Part shown: in pieces, positions 1 to 11,606 of the stretch
How the letters are laid out: every line of letters begins with the position of its first letter
Numbering within the stretch: the first letter of the stretch is position 1
IMG/VR virus record: IMGVR_UViG_3300020439_000005
Coordinates: 1-64,000 of that record
DNA length: 64,000 nt
Reading direction: 5' to 3' (one strand)
From: a virus
The notes under the pieces: model-generated
Database searches by the model: none
What the model saw: the letters and a program-made list of their open reading frames with translations, nothing else
Told to the model about the DNA's origin: nothing
Translations under genes and position numbers: made by a program

Positions 1-2639
<2,639 letters not shown>

Positions 2640-2678
2640 AGCATCCTTGCGGTAGTCCTTTTTTCTCTTTTTAACCAT

Positions 2679-2981
2679 TCACCGCACCGTCCATACATCG
2701 AAGGCCGAGCCTCTTTCGTGGTCTATGAACCGAATGTAGGGTTTATCCTCATTACGATTCAAGACCGCCGAGCCACCGAGCATGGAAATAAGAAAATCAC
2801 GTGCCGCTTCTTCTGTTCCGGTCCTGTCCGGCATGACGTATTCTTCTCCGTCATGAAAGACAACCCACATGCCGTCGTCTCTTTTTGAAAGGTGGATTCC
2901 TTCGTGAGTTCCCTTAGATGCTTGAGCCGAGAATGCCAATAGTTCACGTCGACCGTTAGGTCCCTTCTGTGACCACGTCAT
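2679..2981 (-). CDS. Hypothetical protein (~100 aa)
   Basis: ORF; ATG at 2981 overlaps the upstream stop (ATGA). Confidence 0.6.
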   Translation of the reverse strand: MTWSQKGPNGRRELLAFSAQASKGTHEGIHLSKRDDGMWVVFHDGEEYVMPDRTGTEEAARDFLISMLGGSAVLNRNEDKPYIRFIDHERGSAFDVWTVR

Positions 2982-3322
2982 GACCATTCTTGTGACCACC
3001 CATCATCCCAAGATACCCAATTAGGGTCGAAGTCCGCTTTATCGACTTGAGGAGAAAACTGTCGCATGCTACTCTGATTCATCAACTCGGGGTCAATGAA
3101 ATGATTTCTAAGAATCTCGACCATGTGTAATGGGTTGTAATCACAACCATTCCCGACCTGTATTGTACCACGACCGCCATATCCGGGGAACATGAAAGTC
3201 CATGTTCCGTCTGACGTACAAACTACTGTCGCTACGTGTTCTCCTTGAAGGGTTGAGCCGTGTAATTCCATACCGAAGGCTCCACCCACCGTCCACACTA
3301 GGTCGGCTTCTACGGCGTCCAT
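2978..3322 (-). CDS. Hypothetical protein (114 aa)
   Basis: ORF with a class-B-like promoter variant upstream. Confidence 0.6.
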   Translation of the reverse strand: MDAVEADLVWTVGGAFGMELHGSTLQGEHVATVVCTSDGTWTFMFPGYGGRGTIQVGNGCDYNPLHMVEILRNHFIDPELMNQSSMRQFSPQVDKADFDPNWVSWDDGWSQEWS

Positions 3323-3359
3323 TTCGATACTCAGTCCCCCACGTGGCTAATATGCGTGT

Positions 3360-3557
3360 TTATTGTTTCATCACGGGAGACGTCGTCTGCCACGCTTCTT
3401 CTATTACACGAACCACGTTGACGGACACGGGGTTAGTCCTTCTATCGAGTGCAAGTTCATACGCCTTTCTAAGGGCTACACCGACGTTTTTAGCGTCAAT
3501 TTCAACCTGCTCAACGCCTTCATTACCGAAGTCCACATTGACTCTGTATTGAGGCAT
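3360..3557 (-). CDS. Hypothetical protein (65 aa)
   Basis: ATG at 3557 lies 16 nt downstream of a GGTGGG promoter element. Confidence 0.6.
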   Translation of the reverse strand: MPQYRVNVDFGNEGVEQVEIDAKNVGVALRKAYELALDRRTNPVSVNVVRVIEEAWQTTSPVMKQ

Positions 3558-3573
3558 AGTTGAAGGAGGCATC

Positions 3574-3587
3574 CCCACCTACTTAAC
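3574..3587 (-). promoter_or_regulatory. Class B promoter (TATA-like + GGTGGG)
   Basis: GTTAAGTAGGTGGG, 16 nt to ATG 3557. Confidence 0.6.
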
Positions 3588-4415
3588 GTGTAAGCATTGA
3601 TAGATTTTCTCTGCCGTCTTTTTCCCAATGCCTTCTATCTCCATCAAGTCGTCGACTGACGCAGTACAGAGGTCTGCGATACTCGGGTAGACTGCTATTA
3701 TCTTTCTACGGGTTTTCGTACCTATCTTAGGTAAAGACTCCACGATTGCATTTCTGAAATCTGTTGCTTTGGCACCTTTCGGTCTAGGAACGTAAACTCT
3801 AGGGTCATCGTCCTCGACCTTCTCAACTATCCGACTAATTAACTCGGCGGCATCATGCTTGTCGGGGATGAATAGGGGAGGGTAGCCCACGGCGCATAGA
3901 GATGCGATATATCCTAGAAGGACTCGCTCGTTTACGTCTCGCATCATCATGTCGGCTTTGATTTCATTATACGACTTCGTGACTAGAAGATAGGAAAACT
4001 CGGCTTCTTCTCTCATCGACCCTAATTGTCTCAATCTTCGGTCATCAAACAAACTCGGAAGAAAGTCATCTTCCTTTCTTTCGACGGAGACCCGTCGAGT
4101 CGAGATGTCTCCCTTCCCTGTTTCGAGATGGACGATTTCAAAACCGAGATTGTTGAGATACTCGGCGATAACCCAATGCTCCCTGTGGTCAACCTTCTGT
4201 TGTCGGTCAAGGAGTTCCTGTATGATAGCCCTACCGAGCCACTCGCACCGTTCTTCGTGTCCGGTGGGTATTTCGCCCACTTCGATGTTTGCTCCGCTTA
4301 GGAGACGCAACAGAGCCAATTTTCGGCCAAGCCCGCCTGTGCTAGCGGCTTCAACAAAAGCCTCGGGGTTCTCTAGTATCTCTTTAGCCTTGAATGTCTT
4401 ATTGGCGGGTACCAT
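3579..4415 (-). CDS. ERCC4/XPF-family structure-specific nuclease with C-terminal HhH motifs
   Basis: GDISTRRVSVERKEDD matches the GDxnERKx3D motif; LPKIG and IEGIGKKTA helix-hairpin-helix motifs. Confidence 0.9.
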   Translation of the reverse strand: MVPANKTFKAKEILENPEAFVEAASTGGLGRKLALLRLLSGANIEVGEIPTGHEERCEWLGRAIIQELLDRQQKVDHREHWVIAEYLNNLGFEIVHLETGKGDISTRRVSVERKEDDFLPSLFDDRRLRQLGSMREEAEFSYLLVTKSYNEIKADMMMRDVNERVLLGYIASLCAVGYPPLFIPDKHDAAELISRIVEKVEDDDPRVYVPRPKGAKATDFRNAIVESLPKIGTKTRRKIIAVYPSIADLCTASVDDLMEIEGIGKKTAEKIYQCLHVK

Positions 4416-5580
4416 CTATCTTCCTCCATTTTCTCTTTACTGTTTTCTTTTTGGGGAATGCCTCAATGTACTTCGGGCATGCCTCTCCAATGCAACAACG
4501 GTCTCTCTTTAGTGTCGTGCAGTTAGCGTTCGTGTGGTATCTATCGTTATGGAATATCGACTCCAATTGATGACGCCTGTACTTATGATTCTCCACATCG
4601 ACATAACCACGTTCATGTGCTAACTCGACCCAAAGAGAGTCGAATGTGTCTATGTCTATGCCTATACTCTTAGCGTACATGGCGGTGTGGACTCTTGACT
4701 TATGATACGGGTTCATCGAACGAAGTTCATTGACCACACCCGGACATCGTACTTCTAGTGAAGCGAGGAACTGTCCTAATCCCGTCTCGACGTCCACTTT
4801 GATTTCAGATGGGATAATCGGTCTTAGTTCCACATCGTCTTTGTTTATCTTCAAGTCGAGGAACCTAATCAGTTCCTTAAGTGTTAATTTCTTTGACCCG
4901 ATTATGAAAGGTCCCTCGTTCTTAGGACGGTATGAATGTGCGACGATATTATCGTGGCCGGAATACAACATGTCTCTAGTCAGAGGCATAGCCATTCGAC
5001 CGCTTTTCTCCCCATGTCTGTTCACATGGGTTGTGAAGGGGAACCTACACAATCGCTTAGGGTCGCCTGTGGTTTGCACATCGAGAGTATTTAATCCATG
5101 CAAAATCTTGAGTTGTGTTTGGGTCTGATTGACGATTCTCCGTAGTGCATCAGCAGTTCCGTCTGTATGCTTGAACTTGAAAAGTGTCGGTGTGTGAAGA
5201 ATGAAAAGATGGTAGCCTTTCGAGCCGGAATACTGAACCCAATGTGCTACGTCATGCTCCTCAAGATACTGAGACAACTTGACCGCATCTGCATAGGCGT
5301 TCTCCGGCTTCGTATCATGGTCGAAGTCAAAGAAGGTCAAGCGGTACTGAATCTGTGTCGGCAGTTGTTTGCCTCCACCATCATAGCCTAGTCCATCGTA
5401 GCCCTGTGTACTGATGAAGCATGAGTTATAGCCGTCCCAATCAGAGAAGGATGAATATGCTTCTTCGGGTGTGAAGATGAAGTGTTGCCTAGGGTTGCCT
5501 ACTGAACGTGGATAATGCGTGAACCCGAGTTCTTCGCATAACTCCTCAAACTCAGTAAACTCAAGTCTCATCATTCTCAT
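4399..5580 (-). CDS. Archaeo-eukaryotic DNA primase, PriS catalytic domain fused to a PriL-like Fe-S domain
   Basis: FFDFDHD (DxD), YSGSKGYHLF, DPKRLCRFP; C-terminal Cys cluster CPG...CTTLKRDRCCIGEAC. Confidence 0.85.
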   Translation of the reverse strand: MRMMRLEFTEFEELCEELGFTHYPRSVGNPRQHFIFTPEEAYSSFSDWDGYNSCFISTQGYDGLGYDGGGKQLPTQIQYRLTFFDFDHDTKPENAYADAVKLSQYLEEHDVAHWVQYSGSKGYHLFILHTPTLFKFKHTDGTADALRRIVNQTQTQLKILHGLNTLDVQTTGDPKRLCRFPFTTHVNRHGEKSGRMAMPLTRDMLYSGHDNIVAHSYRPKNEGPFIIGSKKLTLKELIRFLDLKINKDDVELRPIIPSEIKVDVETGLGQFLASLEVRCPGVVNELRSMNPYHKSRVHTAMYAKSIGIDIDTFDSLWVELAHERGYVDVENHKYRRHQLESIFHNDRYHTNANCTTLKRDRCCIGEACPKYIEAFPKKKTVKRKWRKIDGTRQ

Positions 5581-5777
5581 TCCAATAGTTTACTCAGAGT
5601 ATCAATCACGTTCTGCAACTCTTTCTTGATTCTCTGCTCGTATGCTAGGTCGACTTGACTGTCGGTGATACCCATAGCCGACTTTAGTAAATCCAAAGTG
5701 ACTAGGTTCCTCAATGCCTCTGCGTCCTCCTCGGTGAACCCGAGTTTTTCTTCTATCTCTCGTATCTGTTTGCTCAT
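5577..5777 (-). CDS. Hypothetical helical protein (66 aa)
   Basis: ORF overlapping both neighbours by ATGA. Confidence 0.6.
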   Translation of the reverse strand: MSKQIREIEEKLGFTEEDAEALRNLVTLDLLKSAMGITDSQVDLAYEQRIKKELQNVIDTLSKLLE

Positions 5778-6595
5778 TCTCTCACGGCCTCTGTTGCTAA
5801 TACCGATGTAAACTCTCCATCGGTGGAATCTATGATGACGAATTGACCGTCACGATGTTTTGAAATCGTCACGGTTTCCGTAGCAGGGTCAAACCTTCTT
5901 ATGATTGTGCGTAGGTTGTCGGTGAATCTGATTGACCAATTGTCTGCCCCTTTCACGGCGACAAAGTCAACGTCTGACCATGAGCGAGAAGTTTTGCTAG
6001 TCCAATGTCCGGCTTCGCACTTTGCTTCTCCGCTACTCCAAGTGTATTCTATGTACGGAGCCTTAGCAGTAGTCATGTCCTTCAAGCCTCGTCGTAGTTG
6101 GTCTATGCTCATTGTAATAACATGGTCGGCGGGTTCATTTCTAAACATAGGGAATGTCCTCACACCATCCACGATAGGAAGAACCCATCTGTCCGGTATG
6201 GTGAGGCACTCATCCTCGTCAGACGGCATGATAGATACTCCACCCGACGATTCTCCCGAGATTTCTATTGGTTTGTGAACGTCAGTCTGTATTCTGACCA
6301 ATTCGTCTCGACCAAACTTATTCTTGAGCATGTCTGAGAGTTCTTTCGGGTTGACTAGCATAACGCATACACCACTAGGCAAAGCCTCGACCACGTCCCA
6401 CCTGTCGATGAAGACCTGCAAGGTACGTGTCTGATTCGTCGTCCATATCGACGCACCATCCGTAGCAAATAGAACCCGTACAGGCGTCGCAGGGTCGTCA
6501 ACGGTACCTGCGTCAAGGAAGGTGCAAAAGCGACCCGCATTGACTGATACGTCGACCCGTCGTGGTACTTCTGAGGACGGGGTGTACTCTCTCAT
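5774..6595 (-). CDS. Putative divergent PCNA-like sliding clamp
   Basis: 273 aa, clamp-like size; VRVLFATDGASIWTTNQTRTLQV and MLVNPKELSDMLK resemble the PCNA N-domain pattern; replication context; RFC-like gene and PIP boxes elsewhere in the window. Confidence 0.55.
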   Translation of the reverse strand: MREYTPSSEVPRRVDVSVNAGRFCTFLDAGTVDDPATPVRVLFATDGASIWTTNQTRTLQVFIDRWDVVEALPSGVCVMLVNPKELSDMLKNKFGRDELVRIQTDVHKPIEISGESSGGVSIMPSDEDECLTIPDRWVLPIVDGVRTFPMFRNEPADHVITMSIDQLRRGLKDMTTAKAPYIEYTWSSGEAKCEAGHWTSKTSRSWSDVDFVAVKGADNWSIRFTDNLRTIIRRFDPATETVTISKHRDGQFVIIDSTDGEFTSVLATEAVRE

Positions 6596-6611
6596 GTGCT
6601 AAAGCACAAAC

Positions 6612-6625
6612 CCCACCGTCTTAAG
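6612..6625 (-). promoter_or_regulatory. Class B promoter
   Basis: CTTAAGACGGTGGG, 16 nt to ATG 6595. Confidence 0.6.
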
Positions 6626-6633
6626 GAGAAAGG

Positions 6634-6858
6634 TCATTCTTTTTCCAATAATTCTTGATAGTGTCGCACTACCTGTTCTTTGGGTAGGTGCATGCTTAGT
6701 GAGAGGATTAGTTCGTTAGTGAGTTGTTGTATTTCAAGAACGGTTTGCGAAGTGTCGAACCGCCCTTTACTTTCGATTTCTGATTCGCAAAGGTCGGCTA
6801 TTTGATTGAGGGTACTTCTCACTCTTTTAACTTCGGTTTCAAGATTTGTCGCTTCCAT
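6634..6858 (-). CDS. Hypothetical helical protein (74 aa, MEATNLE...)
   Basis: Likely start 6858, just after the upstream stop, preceded by a G-rich SD-like GGAGGGGTGA. Confidence 0.6.
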   Translation of the reverse strand: MEATNLETEVKRVRSTLNQIADLCESEIESKGRFDTSQTVLEIQQLTNELILSLSMHLPKEQVVRHYQELLEKE

Positions 6859-6860
6859 TT

Positions 6861-7280
6861 TCACCCCTCCGCCACTAAGATGTCGTAGTTCTCCGGTGAA
6901 GCGAAGCCAACTGTGATAGTGACTGTGCCGTCGTCGTTGTTGTCGACACCCAAAATAATTTCTTTGATGCCCCTTTCTCTCATGAGAGTCGAAGGTGGAG
7001 TCAAGTTGCCTCTGACTGCCTCGATAATGTCGTAGCCCAATGTGTACGGACTCAAGATGTGATACATGGTGATGCCCGATGGGTTCTCGCCGTCCCAATA
7101 GGCGTTCTCGGGAGATTCACCGGCCTTGATGAGGTCGATAGCAACCCTCTGCCTGTTTTCGTCGATACCAACTAAACCTGCGGAGAACTCGGGGCTGAGA
7201 GTCACGTACCCTCTACGTCCCTCTTGTATTGCGTCGTTCCATGTGTTCGTGTCTGTTAGGTCCGCGCCGTGTGCGTTCAT
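6861..7280 (-). CDS. Hypothetical protein (class A promoter)
   Basis: ATG 7280 is 21 nt from a class A TATA box. Confidence 0.65.
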   Translation of the reverse strand: MNAHGADLTDTNTWNDAIQEGRRGYVTLSPEFSAGLVGIDENRQRVAIDLIKAGESPENAYWDGENPSGITMYHILSPYTLGYDIIEAVRGNLTPPSTLMRERGIKEIILGVDNNDDGTVTITVGFASPENYDILVAEG

Positions 7281-7300
7281 GTTTGTGGGTAGGTACATTA

Positions 7301-7324
7301 CTATATGAAGCCTTCCCTTTGTGA
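7301..7324 (-). promoter_or_regulatory. Class A promoter variant
   Basis: TCACAAAGGGAAGGCTTCATATAG. Confidence 0.5.
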
Positions 7325-7325
7325 T

Positions 7326-7661
7326 TTACAAATCATAGGCGTCGGGAAGTGCTAGCCACGTTTTCTGCGGATATTTGCTCCTACCGTCGACGCTAGAAAT
7401 CTTCTCACTACCTACGCAGGTGAATAGGTGTGGTTTTTTCGCTAGGTGGTTAGACAAGCGGTTCATCTCGAAAGGTTGGTTTTCAAGAGCGGCAATTTCT
7501 CCGGTGGTCAATGGTTTACCATCGGGATGAATTGCTCCGGCCTTTATCATGGCGTTCCAAAGACGTTTGACGTTCCGACCGTCAGACTTGCCTAGCCTAC
7601 CTTTGCGGCGTTGGCCGTATTTGCTACTCGGTACGTACTTATCTTCGGTGCTATCAGTCAT
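7326..7661 (-). CDS. Winged-helix DNA-binding protein, DUF3860-like
   Basis: PLTTGEIAA...NRLSNHLAKKPHLFTCVG...YPQKTW resembles the euryarchaeal wHTH family DUF3860. Confidence 0.5.
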   Translation of the reverse strand: MTDSTEDKYVPSSKYGQRRKGRLGKSDGRNVKRLWNAMIKAGAIHPDGKPLTTGEIAALENQPFEMNRLSNHLAKKPHLFTCVGSEKISSVDGRSKYPQKTWLALPDAYDL

Positions 7662-8850
7662 TTATCTTCGATTCCTTTTTCTTGATGTTCATTCGGCGTT
7701 GCGGCTTCACGATAGCAGTCTTGCGTATCTCTGTCGCTACATCATCCGGCAGAACGGGAAGAACTTTCTCGACGGCGGTCTTAGACAGGCTCACCATCTG
7801 ACCAAAGACGGCAGGTGGTACTAACTCCTGTACCAAAGATGGGACGTACTCGGTACGTGTGGTCTCGCCCCATACTATCGACCAATCTTGAGTCTCCTCG
7901 ACACAGTCTTCGACTTTCATTTGTCTATCGAATACGTTGTTCTTGAGATGAGCGTCAATAGCACGTGCCCTACGGTCTAGCATTTGCTTTGATGCTTTGA
8001 TAGTGGCTAGTTCGTTTAGCATTTCATTTAGGTCGTTATCAGCAGTTGGGTCTAGTAGGTCCCATGCTCCCTTCTGCATTAGTTCCTGTGCCCTAGGGCA
8101 AATGTCGGAATAGGCACACCACTTACACCCGTCACCGATTGTTGGGTTTGGTTCTTCGATTGATTGAATCCACTCGTACTGAGCCTTTAGCCAATCCTTG
8201 AACTCGTCGATTTTCTTATCGGTCCATGAAGTAGTCACTACGCCGTAGCGTAGCAAATCGAATGAGAACTTAATCTCCTTATCCGGCCACCACTCCCGAG
8301 CAACGGCGAGATAGATTCCGGCCTGTATCGAATTATCAGCCTCGGCTTGAGTCATGTTTGCTCGAATGGTTTTGTAGTCAACTAACTCAATTGTACCATC
8401 TCGATGTTCGAGTATTGCGTCGATGAATCCAAAGACAGGTACGCCATTACTTAGAATGTAGGGGCTTCTATGCGTTCCGAACCCTCTTTCGGTGTCGATT
8501 ATTCTAACCGGAGGCCGTCCTCGGCGGTCGAACCAACGGGTCAGCATAGTTTTGCCATCTTGATAAAATTGGAAATCAACTTCTGAAATTGCGTTTTCTT
8601 TTTCGTACAATTCCATTAGACGGTCGAATGTTAGTTTGCCCGTTTTGCCATCTTTATCGGGCTTTCGCCAATGCTCTAGTGCATTGTGTACGTTCGTTCC
8701 GACCCGAGCGGCCTGTCCCGAGTCTCGGTGGTTTGCTTTGTGTTTTAGGGTCACTTCATCATCCGACTTTGGGTCGTAATGATACTGATACTGCTGAGTG
8801 CAGTTCTTCGCCATTTTGAGTCTTGACGCAGACAGATAAGGTACTTTCAT
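7654..8850 (-). CDS. Cas4/RecB-like PD-(D/E)XK exonuclease with Fe-S cysteines
   Basis: LSASRLKMAKNC, GTNVHNALE, GFIDAI, LVDYKT, QAGIY, CKWCAYSDIC. Confidence 0.85.
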   Translation of the reverse strand: MKVPYLSASRLKMAKNCTQQYQYHYDPKSDDEVTLKHKANHRDSGQAARVGTNVHNALEHWRKPDKDGKTGKLTFDRLMELYEKENAISEVDFQFYQDGKTMLTRWFDRRGRPPVRIIDTERGFGTHRSPYILSNGVPVFGFIDAILEHRDGTIELVDYKTIRANMTQAEADNSIQAGIYLAVAREWWPDKEIKFSFDLLRYGVVTTSWTDKKIDEFKDWLKAQYEWIQSIEEPNPTIGDGCKWCAYSDICPRAQELMQKGAWDLLDPTADNDLNEMLNELATIKASKQMLDRRARAIDAHLKNNVFDRQMKVEDCVEETQDWSIVWGETTRTEYVPSLVQELVPPAVFGQMVSLSKTAVEKVLPVLPDDVATEIRKTAIVKPQRRMNIKKKESKIND

Positions 8851-8914
8851 AATGAAAGCGACCACTAATCACACTATTAAGCAGTCGGTCTATTGAAGAC
8901 CTATGGTCTATTTT

Positions 8915-9481
8915 CTATCGCCATCGTGGGCCTTCGAGCCATCCTACTAAAGAACGACGGGAACCCTTTGAAATCGGGGTCACGAAATGTTCGTGGTACG
9001 ATGGGAATACTATGATTGAGCCTTTCTTCGCTAGGTCAATCGGAGGCGGAGATGCGGTGTGTGCGAAGCCCAACTCTCCACCCTCGTATTCATCGGGGTC
9101 AGTTAGTTGAATGACTACGCTCAGTTTGCGGTGTCGTCCATCCTGTCGCATCCAATCTATATCGTGGTGAGAATCGTACTTATGTCCGGCCTCAGCGTAC
9201 TCTGTGAATTGAAGCGGTGGTAATGTGCTAACGGCTACATCGAAGTGTTGGTTCGCCGCCATAGCGTATTCCCAAACGACGTTATGCAATTCTCTGTACA
9301 CGTCGTCATTAGGCACCCATCGAATGTCCGTTTTGCGGTGTGAGTCTTCTTCATCGGTGCCTCCGGTTCTGAATGTCGATGCTTTTTGCACCGGAAGTTT
9401 TTGCATCTTCTCGACCCAACCATCAATGGTCTTAGTGTCGATTGCTCCCTCCCACATCAGCCATGCGGGGTGTTCCATCAT
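8915..9481 (-). CDS. 2OG-Fe(II) oxygenase (PKHD/prolyl-hydroxylase-like)
   Basis: YDSHHD (HxD), RKLSVVIQL, YEGGEL, HFVTPISKGSRRSLVGW. Confidence 0.9.
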   Translation of the reverse strand: MMEHPAWLMWEGAIDTKTIDGWVEKMQKLPVQKASTFRTGGTDEEDSHRKTDIRWVPNDDVYRELHNVVWEYAMAANQHFDVAVSTLPPLQFTEYAEAGHKYDSHHDIDWMRQDGRHRKLSVVIQLTDPDEYEGGELGFAHTASPPPIDLAKKGSIIVFPSYHEHFVTPISKGSRRSLVGWLEGPRWR

Positions 9482-10377
9482 CAGTTCATCCCCTGCTTCT
9501 TAGCCGCATTCCAAAACCGCTCGGGAGTTGGGTTCTCAATCTTGAACGGTTTGCATGCTCTTGACTTCTTGACGTGTGCGGTGTGTCTGACTTGAGTCTC
9601 TCCACCCTTCGTCCTCTGTTGCTGAGATAACTCGATAATCCAATCGAATAGAGGGTCTGTTTGGTCCGGTCGACCTGCGGCGGCAGTCACCTGCTTTTCG
9701 TTAGCCGTACCGAAGTCCTGTGTGTACTGTCTGAGAAGGACGGTGGAAATGAAGTGATAGTTATACAGTTCCCCGCCAATCTTGAGCCTCTCGTATGGTT
9801 GGAAGAATAGTTTGTTAATCACTTTGTAGGAGTGCATCTGACCCTCAGCAAAAGCAGGGAGGGTCTTTTTGCCCTCTGCTACTGCCTGTTGCTGACGTGC
9901 TAGCAATAACTCTCCTTCGGATTTACCATGGACTTCTTGAGAATAGAAGTCACGGCATGCTAGATAGTATGCACCTTCGTTCTCCATCACCATTACACGT
10001 ACACCCTCGGGGTGTTCTTCGGCGTGTTGCCTGTGTAGGTCAATGAATGCTAGAACCATATCGTTGACTTCTGTTGGATTACGACATACCTTTCGGAATA
10101 GGCGAGAGCGGAGGCTGAGAGGCATTATGTCCTCCCGAGCCACTAAGTCTGCTTGACCTTCTAGGTCGCAGTCAATGATAGTCATAAGACACTCAGCAGG
10201 GTCTCGTCCCTCTGATAGGTGAGCAAAGTGCCGTAGTGCGAAGGTGGATTTACCACTCCCACTAAAGCCCTGCAACTTCATGTGCCTCGGACGTACTCTG
10301 ACCATGGAGTCCCCCGTGTCGCATGATGCGATTAGATTAGCATAATTTTCAGCCTTTTTCTTAGCGGATTTAGCCAT
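9481..10377 (-). CDS. P-loop ATPase, AAA_24/Sak4-like recombination protein
   Basis: Walker A GFSGSGKST, IIDCDLEG; lies between SSB and exonuclease genes. Confidence 0.6.
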   Translation of the reverse strand: MAKSAKKKAENYANLIASCDTGDSMVRVRPRHMKLQGFSGSGKSTFALRHFAHLSEGRDPAECLMTIIDCDLEGQADLVAREDIMPLSLRSRLFRKVCRNPTEVNDMVLAFIDLHRQHAEEHPEGVRVMVMENEGAYYLACRDFYSQEVHGKSEGELLLARQQQAVAEGKKTLPAFAEGQMHSYKVINKLFFQPYERLKIGGELYNYHFISTVLLRQYTQDFGTANEKQVTAAAGRPDQTDPLFDWIIELSQQQRTKGGETQVRHTAHVKKSRACKPFKIENPTPERFWNAAKKQGMN

Positions 10378-10410
10378 GAATCAAACCTCCTTTCTCCACC
10401 TATAACCCGA

Positions 10411-11553
10411 TTACTCCCAATCGTCCCAATCGTCGTCTGTCGATGGGGCTTTGTGAGCCTCGGTCTCCTTATCTCCATCGGTGCCGGTCGCCTCCTCAGA
10501 GCCGTCATCTTCAGAAGAAGCGTCGGCGGAGTCACCGGAGTTGGAGTCGTCATCATCGTCGTCTGCGAAATAGTCGGCGGCGTCATCTGCGCCATCGTCA
10601 CCCGCTACACTCTCGGGTACTTCGGGCTTAGGTGGCTCAACGACCACTAGGCCGACTGCGATTTCTAGGTTTGCGGATAGTCCGTATTCACCATTGACTT
10701 TCGTCGTGACCAATGCTAGGATTTTGGAATAGCGACCGTAGCGTGATGCTATGTCGGGTGTAGTAATGCAGTTGAGCATTAGATTCTCGCCACTCTCGAT
10801 AGCGTCCATAGTCATAGTCGAGTCGTCCTTTAGGAGGACCTTTCCAAATTGATTTCCGGTTCGTGAAGTCTGTACACCTGCATACGATACAGTAGCCTCA
10901 ACTAGGCGGTAGTCGTTAGGTGTGCGGGATATGTCGTCCTCTAGGTCAGCGATTTGAGTCACGTCGTATAGAGAGCGTAGTACGTCCTCTGAGGAACCGT
11001 GTTCGTAGTCTTCTTCTGCGAATGCAGTTAGACCGGATAGTGGCCTCAAGTCGAGCATTTCAGCGTCAAGATTTCTGCATGATACGGCGGCTCTCCATGT
11101 TCCCCTTTGTAGGTCGTCTGCGAGTGCGGCGTCATCGTCCCATAGGGACATGCTGAACATAGCAGGTTCCATGACTGCGTCTCCGTCTTCAACAACGGCT
11201 TGACCATAGATGAAGCATACAGGGCGTGGATTGCCCTTAGCGATTCCAACGGTGCGGTGTGCTACTTCCCAAACGTCCATGTGGGCGGTGTAGGATTTTT
11301 GCCTTAGAATGTTAGAAAGGTCAGTCAGTACGCAGTCGGTGACGAAGCCTTGTGCGGCAGGTGATTTCATTCCACCTAGGGATTGAATCGTCTCACGTAG
11401 GTTAGGGTCATTCGTCTTACGAACGAATAAATCGAGAACAGGAGTCTCGTCAACAAAGATTCCGTTCTGCACCCCACGGTCAATGTACGGTTGCAGACGG
11501 CTCTGTACGGCTTTCGGCAGTTTGGTCTTCTTACTAGCGGTCTTCGACGGCAT
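10411..11553 (-). CDS. Single-stranded DNA-binding protein (tandem OB folds, RPA-like) with acidic tail
   Basis: Beta-rich OB-like segments (FSMSLWDD, FGKVLLKDDS); very acidic C-terminus ending DDDWDDWE. Confidence 0.65.
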   Translation of the reverse strand: MPSKTASKKTKLPKAVQSRLQPYIDRGVQNGIFVDETPVLDLFVRKTNDPNLRETIQSLGGMKSPAAQGFVTDCVLTDLSNILRQKSYTAHMDVWEVAHRTVGIAKGNPRPVCFIYGQAVVEDGDAVMEPAMFSMSLWDDDAALADDLQRGTWRAAVSCRNLDAEMLDLRPLSGLTAFAEEDYEHGSSEDVLRSLYDVTQIADLEDDISRTPNDYRLVEATVSYAGVQTSRTGNQFGKVLLKDDSTMTMDAIESGENLMLNCITTPDIASRYGRYSKILALVTTKVNGEYGLSANLEIAVGLVVVEPPKPEVPESVAGDDGADDAADYFADDDDDDSNSGDSADASSEDDGSEEATGTDGDKETEAHKAPSTDDDWDDWE

Positions 11554-11569
11554 GATTCACCCTAGAATC

Positions 11570-11584
11570 CCCACCCTTATGAAG
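11570..11584 (-). promoter_or_regulatory. Class B promoter
   Basis: CTTCATAAGGGTGGG, 16 nt to ATG 11553. Confidence 0.6.
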
Positions 11585-11606
11585 GGAATACATAGGACTT
11601 CATATC

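Noticed and set aside
7654-8850. CRISPR-Cas adaptation gene (cas4)
   Set aside because: No other cas genes or array; solo Cas4-like exonucleases are common in viral recombination modules
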